A stretch of 64,000 nt of DNA, from contig OY969724.1 in the NCBI GenBank assembly GCA_963702205.1, positions 1,024,001 to 1,088,000 on the forward strand, in the 5' to 3' direction. Below the pieces are notes generated by a model, which had not been told where the DNA came from, did not search any database, and was given only the letters and a program-made list of their open reading frames with translations. Both the position numbers and the translations under genes were made by a program. This DNA comes from an uncultured candidate division Zixibacteria bacterium (GTDB lineage Bacteria > Zixibacteria > MSB-5A5 > GN15 > PGXB01). This document shows, one piece after another, positions 1-10,810 of the stretch; position 1 is the first letter of the stretch, and each line of letters starts with the position of its first letter.

Positions 1-159
1 CTCATACAAATGAGTTCGCGATAGTATCATTAACACCTATTGAGGCGGGAACGGTACGGCAGCGCGGCACCATTGTTGTCCGGCACTCCAAGCGTCCGGG
101 ATACATTACCCCTTCGTGTTGCGGGGTGATTGGTACGAATATTCGTGGGGAGGTTGAGA

Positions 160-615
160 GTGAGCCAGACGACCGATACATCACGACGCTCTTTTCTTGA
201 CAGGCTGCTTCAGGGTGGGCTTGTCGCTCTCATCGCGGCGGTATTTTATCCGGTGATAAAGTTCATGATTCCTCCCAAAGCCGGTGAGGTCAATGTATCG
301 CAGGTTAAACTCGGGTTCACCCGAACCGACATTGAGGAAGCCCCTCAAAAATCCAGGACTTTCAAATTTGGCAACATACTCGGCATAATACTAATCACGC
401 CCGAGGGCAAGCTGAAGGCTCTTACGGCCACCTGCACTCACCTCAGCTGCACCGTCCAATATCGACCGGACTGGGGTGTCATCTGGTGCGCCTGCCATAA
501 CGGACGGTACGATCTCAACGGTAACAACATTTCCGGACCCCCTCCCCGGCCGCTGACCCAGTTCGCGGTTAACGAAGTCGGCCAGGACATCTTTATTTCT
601 CGTGAGAAGAGTTGA
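160..615 (+). CDS. Rieske 2Fe-2S subunit of a cytochrome bc complex (QcrA/PetA-like)
   Basis: Tat-like SRRSFL plus TM helix; CTHLSC and CACH ligand boxes; GPPPRPL motif; GTG at 160 after GGGAGG RBS. Confidence 0.93.
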   Translation: MSQTTDTSRRSFLDRLLQGGLVALIAAVFYPVIKFMIPPKAGEVNVSQVKLGFTRTDIEEAPQKSRTFKFGNILGIILITPEGKLKALTATCTHLSCTVQYRPDWGVIWCACHNGRYDLNGNNISGPPPRPLTQFAVNEVGQDIFISREKS

Positions 616-1742
616 TGGAGGGACCTGCCCAACAAAAGACCGAAAGCGGTGGAAGCCGTCTTTATGAATGGATCAACCGGCGTGTCAAACTCGATGAGCT
701 CGTTAAATACATGAGCGGGAAGGTCGTGCCGAAGCACGGCCATTCGGCGTTTTATTATCTCGGCGGCCTTACGCTTTTTCTCTTTCTCGTCCAGATCGCC
801 ACGGGAATTCTGCTTTTGATGTACTATCGGCCCGGGTCGGAAACGGCCTATGAGTCGGTGAGGTTCATCGTGTCCGACGTCAGCTTCGGCTGGCTGATCC
901 GCGCCATTCATTCCTGGTCGGCCAACCTGTTGATACTCGTGGCGTTTCTGCACATGTTCACGGTTTATTTCACCCAGGCCTATCGCCGTCCCCGTGAAAT
1001 GACCTGGTTTACCGGTGTCGGGCTTTTGGCCGTAGCGCTGGCTTTCGGGTTTTCCGGCTACCTGCTGCCCTTTAACCAGCTTTCGTTCTTCGCCACGCGG
1101 GTCGGGACGGCCATGGCCGGGTCGATACCGGTCGTGGGCGATCTGCTCGTTAGAGTCATGCGGGGAGGAGAAGAAGTTACCGGCGCCACGATCAGCCGCT
1201 TTTTCGGACTGCACGTGGCGATATTACCCGCCGTTTTCACCGGGCTTCTGACGGCACATTTGCTTTTGGTGCAACGCCAGGGAATGAGCGAACCGGTGGA
1301 ATGGTCGGCGCTGCCGGCCGAGCGCAAAAAATACACGAAGTTCTTCCCGAACTTTTTATATAGGGATCTTCTGGTCTGGTTGATCGCACTAAATGTGCTG
1401 GCGCTTCTGGCGGTTTTATTCCCCGACGGGATCGGTATCGTGCACTGGCCGCTCGGAGAAAAAGCCGATGCCTTCGCGCCTCCGCCGGCTTCGATTCGAC
1501 CGGAATGGTATTTCATATTCGCCTTCCAGGCCCTTAAATTCTTACCGGCGCACGTCTGGTTTCTCGAAGGGGAACTGGCCGGGATGATCGTCTTCGCCGT
1601 CGGCGGTGGTTTCTGGGTGCTGGTGCCGTTTCTCGACCGCTCTTCCCATCAGGGACGGCGACCGACCGGCTTTTTAATTTTCGGGGCCATCGTAGTGGCG
1701 TTTATCGTAATCATGACCATACTCGGCTATACTCTGGAGTGA
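615..1742 (+). CDS. Cytochrome b of bc complex (b6-like and subunit IV-like domains fused)
   Basis: Heme-ligand His motifs (RAIHSWSAN, FLHM, FFGLHV, AHL), PEWY Qo motif; overlaps the Rieske stop codon. Confidence 0.93.
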   Translation: MEGPAQQKTESGGSRLYEWINRRVKLDELVKYMSGKVVPKHGHSAFYYLGGLTLFLFLVQIATGILLLMYYRPGSETAYESVRFIVSDVSFGWLIRAIHSWSANLLILVAFLHMFTVYFTQAYRRPREMTWFTGVGLLAVALAFGFSGYLLPFNQLSFFATRVGTAMAGSIPVVGDLLVRVMRGGEEVTGATISRFFGLHVAILPAVFTGLLTAHLLLVQRQGMSEPVEWSALPAERKKYTKFFPNFLYRDLLVWLIALNVLALLAVLFPDGIGIVHWPLGEKADAFAPPPASIRPEWYFIFAFQALKFLPAHVWFLEGELAGMIVFAVGGGFWVLVPFLDRSSHQGRRPTGFLIFGAIVVAFIVIMTILGYTLE

Positions 1743-2986
1743 TGATGAAGTTTTTGCTGGTATTCATATTACTATTACTTGTGTTTCCGATGGTCCATGC
1801 CCAGGAACCGCCGGTGGATAACTGCTATAACTGCCACAAGCAATGGGAAGACGAGAACGGTCCCTCGCAGACTTTCGAGCGCGACGCCCACTATCAAAGG
1901 GGAATCGGCTGCTATGGATGCCACGGGGGCGATCCGACCCTCGACGATATGGATGACGTCCGTAAATCCAAAGGATTCGTGGGTGTTCCGGATACCGCTG
2001 ATATCCCCGAATTCTGCGCCCGGTGTCATGCCAACCCAACCTATATGAGGGCCCACAATCCCGCTCTGCCCACCGATCAACTCGATAAATACAAAGTCTC
2101 CATCCACGGCCAGCGTCTTTTTAAGGACAAAGATACGAAAGTCGCTACCTGTGTGTCCTGTCACACCGCTCACAATATCGCCGACGCCAAACTGCCGTAT
2201 GCTTCAACTTACAAAAAGAACCTGCCGTATACCTGTGGTTCCTGCCACGCCGACACGGCTTATATGAAGCCGTACCATATTCCGACCGATCAGCTGGAGG
2301 GCTATGTTGGCTCCGTCCACGGTGTTGCTCTCTTGCAGCACGACGACCTCGGTGCCCCGGCCTGTAACGATTGCCACGGCAATCACGGCGCTGCCCCGCC
2401 GGGAGTGACTTCGTTGGCGGCGGTGTGTGGCGTGTGCCACGCGGTTGAGGCTGAGTTGTATGACGAGTCACCCCACATGGAAGCGTTCGAAGAAGCCGGT
2501 TTCCCGATGTGCGAGACCTGCCACTCCAACCACGCCATAAAGAAACCTTCGGATTCGATGATCGGTCTGGGTGACGCGGCGGTTTGTAGTCAATGCCATT
2601 ATGCCGACGACGGGACGAAAGCGCCGGAGACGATCAGCACAATACGAGCGGGTTTGAACAACCTGATCAATGCCGAGGATTCCGCCAAGGCCCTTTTGGC
2701 GAACGTCCGGCACAAGGGCATGATGACGACCGATATCGAATTTCTTATAAAAGACGTCAATCAGGCGCTTATTCAATCCCGGACCCATATCCACGCCTTT
2801 AATGCCGATTCGGTTATGCCGAAGGTTGAGGTCGGTTTGCAGGATGCCGAAAAGGCCAAAAATGACGCGCTGTCGTCAATAAACGAATATTATTTCCGTC
2901 GCAAAGGGCTGGTAGTTTCCACGGTTATCATTACTTTACTGGTTATCATGCTGTACATAAAAATTCGACGCACCGAAAAACCCTGA
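1739..2986 (+). CDS. Membrane-anchored multiheme cytochrome c (9 CxxCH)
   Basis: Signal peptide; CYNCH, CYGCH, CARCH, CVSCH, CGSCH, CNDCH, CGVCH, CETCH, CSQCH; C-terminal TM helix; coupled to cyt b. Confidence 0.92.
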   Translation: MMMKFLLVFILLLLVFPMVHAQEPPVDNCYNCHKQWEDENGPSQTFERDAHYQRGIGCYGCHGGDPTLDDMDDVRKSKGFVGVPDTADIPEFCARCHANPTYMRAHNPALPTDQLDKYKVSIHGQRLFKDKDTKVATCVSCHTAHNIADAKLPYASTYKKNLPYTCGSCHADTAYMKPYHIPTDQLEGYVGSVHGVALLQHDDLGAPACNDCHGNHGAAPPGVTSLAAVCGVCHAVEAELYDESPHMEAFEEAGFPMCETCHSNHAIKKPSDSMIGLGDAAVCSQCHYADDGTKAPETISTIRAGLNNLINAEDSAKALLANVRHKGMMTTDIEFLIKDVNQALIQSRTHIHAFNADSVMPKVEVGLQDAEKAKNDALSSINEYYFRRKGLVVSTVIITLLVIMLYIKIRRTEKP

Positions 2987-3192
2987 TTTAAGACATTTCT
3001 TTTCAAAAAATAACAATTCATCCGCAGGCATTTTTGGCACGGGTCAACGATTCCAATAGCAGACCCGTATAGTCTATATTATATTTGGAAATCTTAATAG
3101 GTAAAGTTAATCCGTCCAGCGATGGCGGGTCCCGTCATTTTTATTTGCGTTGGATTTGTGGAACAAAGACAAAACAATCACAAGGAGGTTTG

Positions 3193-4287
3193 ATGTTGAA
3201 ACAGCTAATTTTTTCGCTGAGTCTGCTTTTGGTTATAAGTGCGTCCGCGTTCGGCCAGATTACGATATCCACCAATGACTTTATGCCGGCTCCCGGCACC
3301 TCAATCCAATATCCCACCGATATTATGATGGATGGAACTTTTTTTAATTCTCTTCGCGCCGGTTCGGGCGGACCGACGGTCTGGGATTTTTCTTCACGGT
3401 TCTACAGCACCGGCTCAACCGCTTATTCCCTGGCGCTGGGTGATACCCCGGCCATCGACAGCTTTCCCGAGGCCAACCTGGTCACGATGATTCCCTCGGC
3501 GACCGATACTTCGTGGATCATATATAAATCGACGTCGACTGAATTCACACAACTTGGGACCGTGTCGCACGTCTTGGGGATGGAATATCCTCTTATGTAC
3601 TATGATATCGCTCCGGACTGGGTATTTCCAGTCAGTTACAACGATACCTGGATTTCGTTTCGCCATTGGTCTTCATATAGCACCGACTCCTATCAGCTAT
3701 CATTCGACACGACCGTCCACACGGTCGATGCCTGGGGCACCGCGAAATACAAAACCAATTCTATTCCCTGCCTGCGCGTTATAGACGAAAAACGAGTTAC
3801 GGTCAATACCTATGACAATTCCGACCATTTGCTTGGAAGCACCACCCAGGATGTGACAATGATTTCTTTTGTAACGACTGGTTTTGATATCCTCGCATCG
3901 GCAACAAAATTGACATTTGGGTCATTTGACAGCTATTCATCCACGGTTACAGGTCATTTCATCGACGTGACTTCGGACGTGGAGGACGAAAACACTGGCA
4001 CCCTTCCCACGGGCTTCAGTTTATCGCAAAATTACCCCAACCCGTTCAATCCCGATACGAAAATGAGCCTGAGCGTGCCCGAACGGTCTCATGTCAAACT
4101 TACGGTTTACGATGTACTGGGCCGTGAAGTGGCCACGATTGTCGATAAAGTCTTACCGGCAGGATCGTACACCGCCACCTGGGATGGCAAAAACCGCTCC
4201 GGGGAGCAGGTCGCCTCCGGCATTTATTTCTATAATTTGATCACCGATCAGTACCGCACGACCAGAAAGATGGTATTACTGAAGTAA
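3193..4287 (+). CDS. Secreted protein with C-terminal FlgD-Ig / T9SS-like sorting domain
   Basis: ATG 3193 after AGGAGG; signal peptide; tail LSQNYPNPFNP...SGIYFY...RKMVLLK. Confidence 0.85.
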   Translation: MLKQLIFSLSLLLVISASAFGQITISTNDFMPAPGTSIQYPTDIMMDGTFFNSLRAGSGGPTVWDFSSRFYSTGSTAYSLALGDTPAIDSFPEANLVTMIPSATDTSWIIYKSTSTEFTQLGTVSHVLGMEYPLMYYDIAPDWVFPVSYNDTWISFRHWSSYSTDSYQLSFDTTVHTVDAWGTAKYKTNSIPCLRVIDEKRVTVNTYDNSDHLLGSTTQDVTMISFVTTGFDILASATKLTFGSFDSYSSTVTGHFIDVTSDVEDENTGTLPTGFSLSQNYPNPFNPDTKMSLSVPERSHVKLTVYDVLGREVATIVDKVLPAGSYTATWDGKNRSGEQVASGIYFYNLITDQYRTTRKMVLLK

Positions 4288-4308
4288 TGCTCTCCCGAAT
4301 AGGGGGGA

Positions 4309-6385
4309 TTATAATATGTCCGGCTTGGACCCGCCGTTTTCTCCGTCGGGGTTTTCATCATCGGCAGCGTCGTTCGATGGCCCGGGCTTTTCATCCGACG
4401 TCGGCTTATCCGCGTTAGTATCCGGCTGATCCGAGGCGTCGGATTCCATAGCCTTTTCGTCTTCCGCTTTTTCTCCTGCAAATTTGTCCGCTTGATCGAG
4501 GCTTTCTTTTTCCAATTCCGCCAGGGCCGGATCATCGGCGTGTTCATCACGATACATCTCCAGCGGCATTTTGCCGGTGTACCACGACGGATTGTTGGGA
4601 TAGACCGGTGGATTGAAAATAGTCGAATAAAAATGCCAGATAAGAATAGCCAGACCCGCGAGTATGGCTTCATAGAAATGTATTACCAGCATAACCCCCA
4701 GCGCGCCGACTTTCAGCATGTTCTCGGTTAAGGTCCCGAACCAGAGCGCGACGCCGGTGACGGTCATGACCACGGTCCCCCACGCCAGCGCCCAGTATTC
4801 GGCTTTTTCGATATAGCTGAATCGTCCGAATTTGGGCGGCTCCTCGCGCAGGCCGAGATCGTAAGCCATGGTCTGGAAGAACTGACGAAAATCTTTTATG
4901 GACGGGAAGATATCGCGCATAAACTGCCGCCCTCGACGGCCGGTCAGGAATAAGATGTGCCATACGGCAGTGAACATGAACAATCCCGCCGCGACCAGGT
5001 GAATGGCCCGGCGAAAGACGAATCCGCCCGGCCAGCCGAACAGAAACCGAGCCCACCATGAACCCGAATAGTGGAAGGCGAACCCGGTAATCGCCAGAAC
5101 CGTGAACGTGACCATGAGCATGGTGTGTTGAAACAGCTCATTACGTGTCATCCGTACTATCTGCCTGCCCTGGTTGATGACTTTAATGCGCTTGCGAAGG
5201 TTGATCAGCCAGTGAATAACCATCAAGCCGATGATTACGATGATCGCCACGATATAAATGGCGCGAAACATCCGGGCCGTCTTATTGAGAAAAACACCTT
5301 TGGTCTTATGAATTTCAATGCTCGCCAGTTCCGGCGATATGCTGGGATGACATTTCGAGCAGGTCGACTGCACGTTGGCCGGGGCGATCGACGAAGCCGA
5401 ATCGGTAACCGGCAGGATCAAATGCGAACGGTGGCACGATGAGCAGTTGGCGACACCGGGGTCACCGTCGGTGCTTTTAAGTCCGTGATAGCTGTGCTGC
5501 CACGATTTCATGATATTGGTCGGAAGGCCGTACTTAATATTAAGCTGCTCCTGGTCGTGGCACGGACCACAGACGGTCAGCGACAGGCGGGTAGGACTTA
5601 CCCGCGACCGGGGATCGTGGACCGGAAGAATATCGTGAGAGCCGTGGCAGTCGACACAAACCGGCGTGTCGGTCTCTCCGCGTGTGGCGGCTTGTCCGTG
5701 CACCCCCTGCTCGGTACTCGGCCTCGATTTGCCGGTGACATTTTCCACACGTCTTCGAGATATTAAAATGATATATCGACGACTGAGGATATACCGGCGC
5801 CATAATGGAATGCGCGGTGCCCTCGAGCGAATGACAGTCGATGCAGGTTGCCACCAGACCGCTGCTGTCGGGTCGCATCCTGGCATGCACGCTGGTTTTA
5901 TAAATTTCCACGGGGGTGATCATCGGAATATGGTACGACCCGACGACGGCCTTGTCTTCGTGACATCGTCCGCAGGTCGTGGGAAGATTCACCGGATTAA
6001 CGGTGGAATGCGGATCCGACGGTGCCAGGATGTTGTGTTTACTATGACAATCGTAACAATCGGGAAAGAATTTCCCCGGGACTTCCTTGTTGAAACCGTG
6101 GTACTGATATGACGCCGCAACGTCCGAATGGCAGTTGCCGCAATTGACCGGCGGCATGTGGTCGGGGTGAGGTATGGATGTCGCCTGCGTATGACAGTCG
6201 GTGCAGTCGAATACGCCGTGAATTGAACTATCGAAAACGGTGCTGTCGACATAAAGCGATATTGTTTTTTCGGTCGAATCGGTCGTGCTGAAGTTTGCGT
6301 CACCGTGGCAGTCAAAGCACTGAGCCGCCACAAAATGAGGCAGCAGCAGAGATGCCAATATCAGTATAAAATTCAACCGTCCCAT
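4309..6385 (-). CDS. Multiheme cytochrome c (11 CxxCH) fused to FdnI/HydC-type diheme cytochrome b (CbcL-like), split by a +1 frameshift at ~5713
   Basis: ORF 5540..6433 gives a signal peptide plus 7 CxxCH; ORF 4309..5886 gives 4 CxxCH plus the b domain (FQH, AIH, EKAEYWA, VIHFYEA, IWHFY). Removing one base joins ...CHRQIEAEY-EQGVHG... Confidence 0.85.
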
Positions 6386-6693
6386 TGAGCTGATTTGCCT
6401 TTTTCCTCGCACGCTAATTTGCGGTATATGCATAATTCATACTCCCGATCATTTAGCCGTGGCAAAAAACGTGCATTTGTCAGGCGCGATGAACTTGCAA
6501 TGAACAAAACGCGTCGTGACTTCGGACGGGCCAATAATGCAAGTGAATCAAATCTACCGGTCAGCTAATGCAGCCGCAAGGTTTTTTATTTTTGAGACAC
6601 TTGGCTATTTACAATTGCGTTATTAGATGTAATTCTCCATATTAATGGTGGCATAAATTCGTTTCGAGACACTTTTGCGTTGGGAGGTTTCTT

Positions 6694-7779
6694 ATGAGGA
6701 TATCGAGTTTTTTAATCTTAACCACAATCTGCATTTTAATGCTCGTCAGTTTATTAACCGGGGGATGTTCCGACGATGATAAATCGACAGCGGCGATGGG
6801 CGAGTGGAAATGGTCGGCGCTGGGAACCGGGCTGGACAATCAACCCTGGGCGGCCGTCACATACAATAATAAACTGATTGTTGGTGGTGAATTTGGAAAC
6901 GCCGGAGAAGCAAGTGCCGGTCATATTGCAGCATGGGATGGTTCCGGGTGGACTGCGCTGGGGTCGGGATTAAACGGCAGCTGCAATAACCTGGCCGTCT
7001 ATGACAATAAGCTCATTGCCGGGGCCAGTTTTACGGATGCTGGCGGAGTTCAGGTGGACCGTATTGCCGCGTGGGACGGTTTGTCGTGGGCGGCACTTAC
7101 CGGCGGTGGCGTGGATGACGCCGTTCTGGCTCTTACCGTTTATGACAATAAACTGATTGTCGGTGGAATCTTTTCCAATGCCGGTGCGGTAAGCGTTCAC
7201 GGTGTAGCGACGTGGGACGGTTCAACCTGGGCTGCGCTCGGGACGGGAATAGAGGGCAGGTTTGAAGCTTTTGCCGTCAATGATAATATACTGTATGCCG
7301 CGGGAGATATCAGTCTCGGAGGCAGCCCGAGTGCAAGACGTGTTGTAATGTGGGATGGTTCGTCATGGACGGCTCTCGGAGATGCGATGAACGGTACTAT
7401 TGACGCCATGACTTATTTTGACGGGCATCTTGTTATTGGCGGCGGGTTTACTACGGCCGGAGGCGTGAGCGCCGATCATATCGCCGTCTGGGATGGCTCG
7501 ACCTGGGCTCAACTCGGATCGGGTTTGAGTGACGCCGTCCTGGATCTCATCGTCTTTGATAGCAAGCTGATTGCCGGGGGATGGTTCGGGTCGGCCGGCA
7601 GCACAAGTACAAGCCATGTGGCGACCTGGGACGGTTCCTCATGGACACAGCTCGGGAGCGGCATCACTGGCAGCGTTAATGCCTTTACGATTTTCAATAA
7701 CGATTTGATTGTATCCGGATATTTCTCAATGGCGGGCGACGTGGAAGCCAATTATATCGCGGCCTGGGGCCTTCGGTGA
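6694..7779 (+). CDS. Lipoprotein with ~48-aa WDGSSW repeats (probable beta-propeller)
   Basis: Lipobox LTGGC; about 7 repeats of ALGSG...VYDNKLI.GG.F..AG...IAAWDGS.W. Confidence 0.85.
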   Translation: MRISSFLILTTICILMLVSLLTGGCSDDDKSTAAMGEWKWSALGTGLDNQPWAAVTYNNKLIVGGEFGNAGEASAGHIAAWDGSGWTALGSGLNGSCNNLAVYDNKLIAGASFTDAGGVQVDRIAAWDGLSWAALTGGGVDDAVLALTVYDNKLIVGGIFSNAGAVSVHGVATWDGSTWAALGTGIEGRFEAFAVNDNILYAAGDISLGGSPSARRVVMWDGSSWTALGDAMNGTIDAMTYFDGHLVIGGGFTTAGGVSADHIAVWDGSTWAQLGSGLSDAVLDLIVFDSKLIAGGWFGSAGSTSTSHVATWDGSSWTQLGSGITGSVNAFTIFNNDLIVSGYFSMAGDVEANYIAAWGLR

Positions 7780-7826
7780 TATAATCTTTAGCCCGGACGG
7801 ATGTACTTTTAGCACGAATCTGCTGA

Positions 7827-8266
7827 TTATTTAATAAGTATCATTTTCTTATCCGGACGACGTCACCCGCACGCAGGCGATACAGATAGACGCCGGTGGA
7901 AACCGATTTGCCGTTATCGTCGATTCCCTTCCATCCGATTCGGTATGTACCGGCCGCTTTGGATTCATCCACCAATGATCGTACCTTTTGACCGAGCACG
8001 TTGAAGATATCGATCGTCACGTGTTCGCGATGTGAGAGCTCGAACTCGATAGTCGTGGTCGGGTTAAAAGGATTCGGATAGTTTTGCCCGAGGGCAAAGC
8101 TCGACGGAAGGTTGTCGCCGCCCGACGGTTCATCGGCGTCGGTCGTATAGTCGGTGCTGAACGCGGCATAAACGCCGGGTTTTGTGATGGAAGCACCCAC
8201 CCGGGCGGGAAGAAATAATTGAAATGGCAGCATACCCGCCAACAGAATTTTAACAAAAAATCTCAT
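7827..8266 (-). CDS. Minimal secreted protein: signal peptide plus FlgD-Ig sorting domain; -1 indel in an A-run near the 3' end
   Basis: GQNYPNPFNPTT...GVYLYRL; adding one A at ~7845 converts IRK* into the family ending IRKMILIK*. Confidence 0.65.
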
Positions 8267-8414
8267 TTGATACTTCCTGAAGTTGGTTAATGGACTATAT
8301 ATGTCCATATCAAGTATACGCCCAATAATTGCATATCTGAGGAAAAAGTGACAAAATCCACCGGTGACTACCGTAAGCGGAAATACCCGTCAGCGATCAA
8401 AATAACCCGTGCTG

Positions 8415-9053
8415 CTATGTTGTCGAGTAGCTGGCTCGTCTTTCGAGAAATAAAAATACGACCAGTGCCACCCAGAACAAACCGGTAGCGGGGCCAAAAT
8501 CGATAAGTCCCGCTTCATCCGGCGGCGTAGGAAAACTCAATAGATTCAAAGCCAAAAGTGCGATGCCGATTGCGATGCCATACACGCCCAATATTTTCTG
8601 TTTTAAGTTCAAGCTTAAGAGAGCAATTGACAATATTACCATCCCGATCGTGTAAAAAATATCAAATGTAACGTCTATACCCAACTGCACCTGGTTTACC
8701 AGATAAAAAATCTGTCTGATCGATTCTTTAGCCGTCTCGCTGCCGGCGCTTGCCAATGAGGAACGCAGGGTCGCGAATATGGATTGCTGAACGACCAACA
8801 TCAGGCAAAACATCGCAAAAGCAATGACAAGAAAAGTGATGCCCGCCCGGAGGGCATATCCCCGGCAGCGGCCCGATAATTGACGTTCGATTTGCAGCAT
8901 ACCCAGAATCGCCACGGGCCCGATGGCAAAGGCCAGCAGAAGCTGAAGTCGATCCGACAGGGGGATACCGAATACAGTAATGTTAAAATATGTCGCCAGT
9001 GCAACTATACCGGCTATTGGCAGCAGAAAAGCCGACGCCCTCTTTATATTCAT
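8415..9053 (-). CDS. Multi-pass membrane protein, PadR target
   Basis: About 6 hydrophobic helices; 4-bp overlap with the padR stop. Confidence 0.75.
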   Translation of the reverse strand: MNIKRASAFLLPIAGIVALATYFNITVFGIPLSDRLQLLLAFAIGPVAILGMLQIERQLSGRCRGYALRAGITFLVIAFAMFCLMLVVQQSIFATLRSSLASAGSETAKESIRQIFYLVNQVQLGIDVTFDIFYTIGMVILSIALLSLNLKQKILGVYGIAIGIALLALNLLSFPTPPDEAGLIDFGPATGLFWVALVVFLFLERRASYSTT

Positions 9054-9673
9054 GATCGTATTCCTCCCTTCTTGTTTGATCCGCCGGCACTTTTGACCGA
9101 CTTAAAGTCTTTGACCATTTTCCCGATTGTTTCCAGTGACTCACGAGCCCATGCCAGCCTGGCCCGGGCAACCATTTCACCGCGCTTTAGCGTCATAAGC
9201 CAGAATACCTGATGCTCCGGGGGTTCATCAGACGCATTTATCAGGTTTTTTGTGTCGAGTAAGGTCGATAATTGAAACTCCTGCCCTTTAATAAAGCCGT
9301 GAAGTTGGTTTTCGATTGCTTCGAGATCAGATTTATCACTGAGAAATATTTTCAAAAGCAATTCGCTTTTAAACTGTTCTTGCCCCGTCGGCTCTTTTTG
9401 CCATTGGTCAAAGGCCTTGCGGCCCTTCACGGTTAAACTTAGAATATTGCGGCCCGGGCGGCCGGGTTTGCTTTCGCTTTTGCTGACAATCAGTTTATCT
9501 TTAACCAACTGCCTGATCAGCGGATAAATATTGCCATAGCTTTCGTGCCAAAAATGGCCGATATGTTCGGATATGAATTTTCGAAGATCGTACCCGGACA
9601 TCGGTCGTATAGTGAGTAGTCCCAGAATGGCGAATCGTGTGCGGCTGTTTTGTGCCAATTTACCTCCATTCAT
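9050..9673 (-). CDS. PadR/AphA-family transcriptional regulator with C-terminal helical domain
   Basis: AILGLL..PMSGYDL...FWHESYGNIYP...LTVKGR; ELLLKIF. Confidence 0.9.
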   Translation of the reverse strand: MNGGKLAQNSRTRFAILGLLTIRPMSGYDLRKFISEHIGHFWHESYGNIYPLIRQLVKDKLIVSKSESKPGRPGRNILSLTVKGRKAFDQWQKEPTGQEQFKSELLLKIFLSDKSDLEAIENQLHGFIKGQEFQLSTLLDTKNLINASDEPPEHQVFWLMTLKRGEMVARARLAWARESLETIGKMVKDFKSVKSAGGSNKKGGIRS

Positions 9674-9680
9674 AAAAGCC

Positions 9681-9720
9681 CTATATATCTAATTGATATA
9701 TATCATTACGATATATATAG
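9681..9720. promoter_or_regulatory. Tandem palindromic operator (ATATATC-N5-GATATAT twice) upstream of padR
   Basis: ctatatatc taatt gatatatatc attac gatatatatag, just upstream of the padR start. Confidence 0.6.
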
Positions 9721-9961
9721 CGTTTAATTATTTTTAAGCAATCATAAAATTTTTATTTTCAACCGCTAAGGCATAGGACTGGTTGATGTAAAGCCACCTT
9801 ATAATAAAGACAAGCTCACATTTGTCATCGCAGTTGATTCTCGGGTAAACTCCCGGGCGGCCGGTGCGCTATCGCTCAACGGTATTGTAATCGGAATTTA
9901 ATTCCTTGCGCAATGATGGATCGTTAACGATAATTGCCACATATTATCCGTTGGAGGCAGT

Positions 9962-10765
9962 ATGGATTCAAACGCAGGCTATTTCGATAGTCCCATTCTG
10001 GCCGAATTGTACGATTTGGTGCCCGGCTATATAAGCCGGCCCGACAAAGATTTTTATCTTCGAACCACTGCGTCGATTTCCGGCAATATAATCGAATTGG
10101 GCTGCGGAACCGGCCGCATTCTGGTCCCTATCGCCGAAGCTGGTCATTCCATTACCGGTGTCGATGCTTCGGCGCACATGCTGGCCAGATGCCGGCAGAA
10201 ACTGGACGCCTTGTCCGAAAATAAAAAAGGCCGTGTGCAACTGATTAAAGGAGATATGGCCCACCTGACACTCGATGAGTCTTTTGATCTTGCCATTATT
10301 CCATTTCGGGCGTTTCAGCACCTGATGACAATCGACGACCAAATGTCCTGCCTGCAAACACTCAATCGCAGTTTGACGGCAAGTGGCCGGCTGGTCTTTG
10401 ACGTTTTCCACGTGGATTTTAACAGGATCAACAATCCGGCCCATTCCGAAGAAATGGTAGACATGCCTGAATTCGAACTTCCGGGCGGAAGGCGCCTGAA
10501 GCGTGCCGGCCGGATGGCCGGTTTCCACCCGGCAAAGCAATACAACGACGTCGAAATGATCTACTATCTGACCGATGTTAACGGCAAAACAAAGCGCATC
10601 GTGCATGGCTTTCCGTACAGGTATTTCTTCAGATACGAGATGGAGCACTTATTGGAACGCTGCGGCTTTCGGATCATAGCGCTTTATGGCAATTTCGATG
10701 AGTCGCCGTTGACAGGTAGTTCACCGGAAATGATTTTTATCGCAGAGAAGTACAAAGAGATATGA
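9962..10765 (+). CDS. Class I SAM-dependent methyltransferase
   Basis: IELGCGTGR motif I, GVDAS, GDM, FDL; GGAGG RBS. Confidence 0.9.
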   Translation: MDSNAGYFDSPILAELYDLVPGYISRPDKDFYLRTTASISGNIIELGCGTGRILVPIAEAGHSITGVDASAHMLARCRQKLDALSENKKGRVQLIKGDMAHLTLDESFDLAIIPFRAFQHLMTIDDQMSCLQTLNRSLTASGRLVFDVFHVDFNRINNPAHSEEMVDMPEFELPGGRRLKRAGRMAGFHPAKQYNDVEMIYYLTDVNGKTKRIVHGFPYRYFFRYEMEHLLERCGFRIIALYGNFDESPLTGSSPEMIFIAEKYKEI

Positions 10766-10810
10766 CCGCAGAGGAGTTTGCCACGCAACGGAGATTGAAA
10801 CTTGAGAGAT

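Noticed and set aside
40..135. Riboswitch in the leader of the bc operon (hairpin attacccc...ggggtgat)
   Set aside because: Only a modest stem; no recognisable aptamer consensus.
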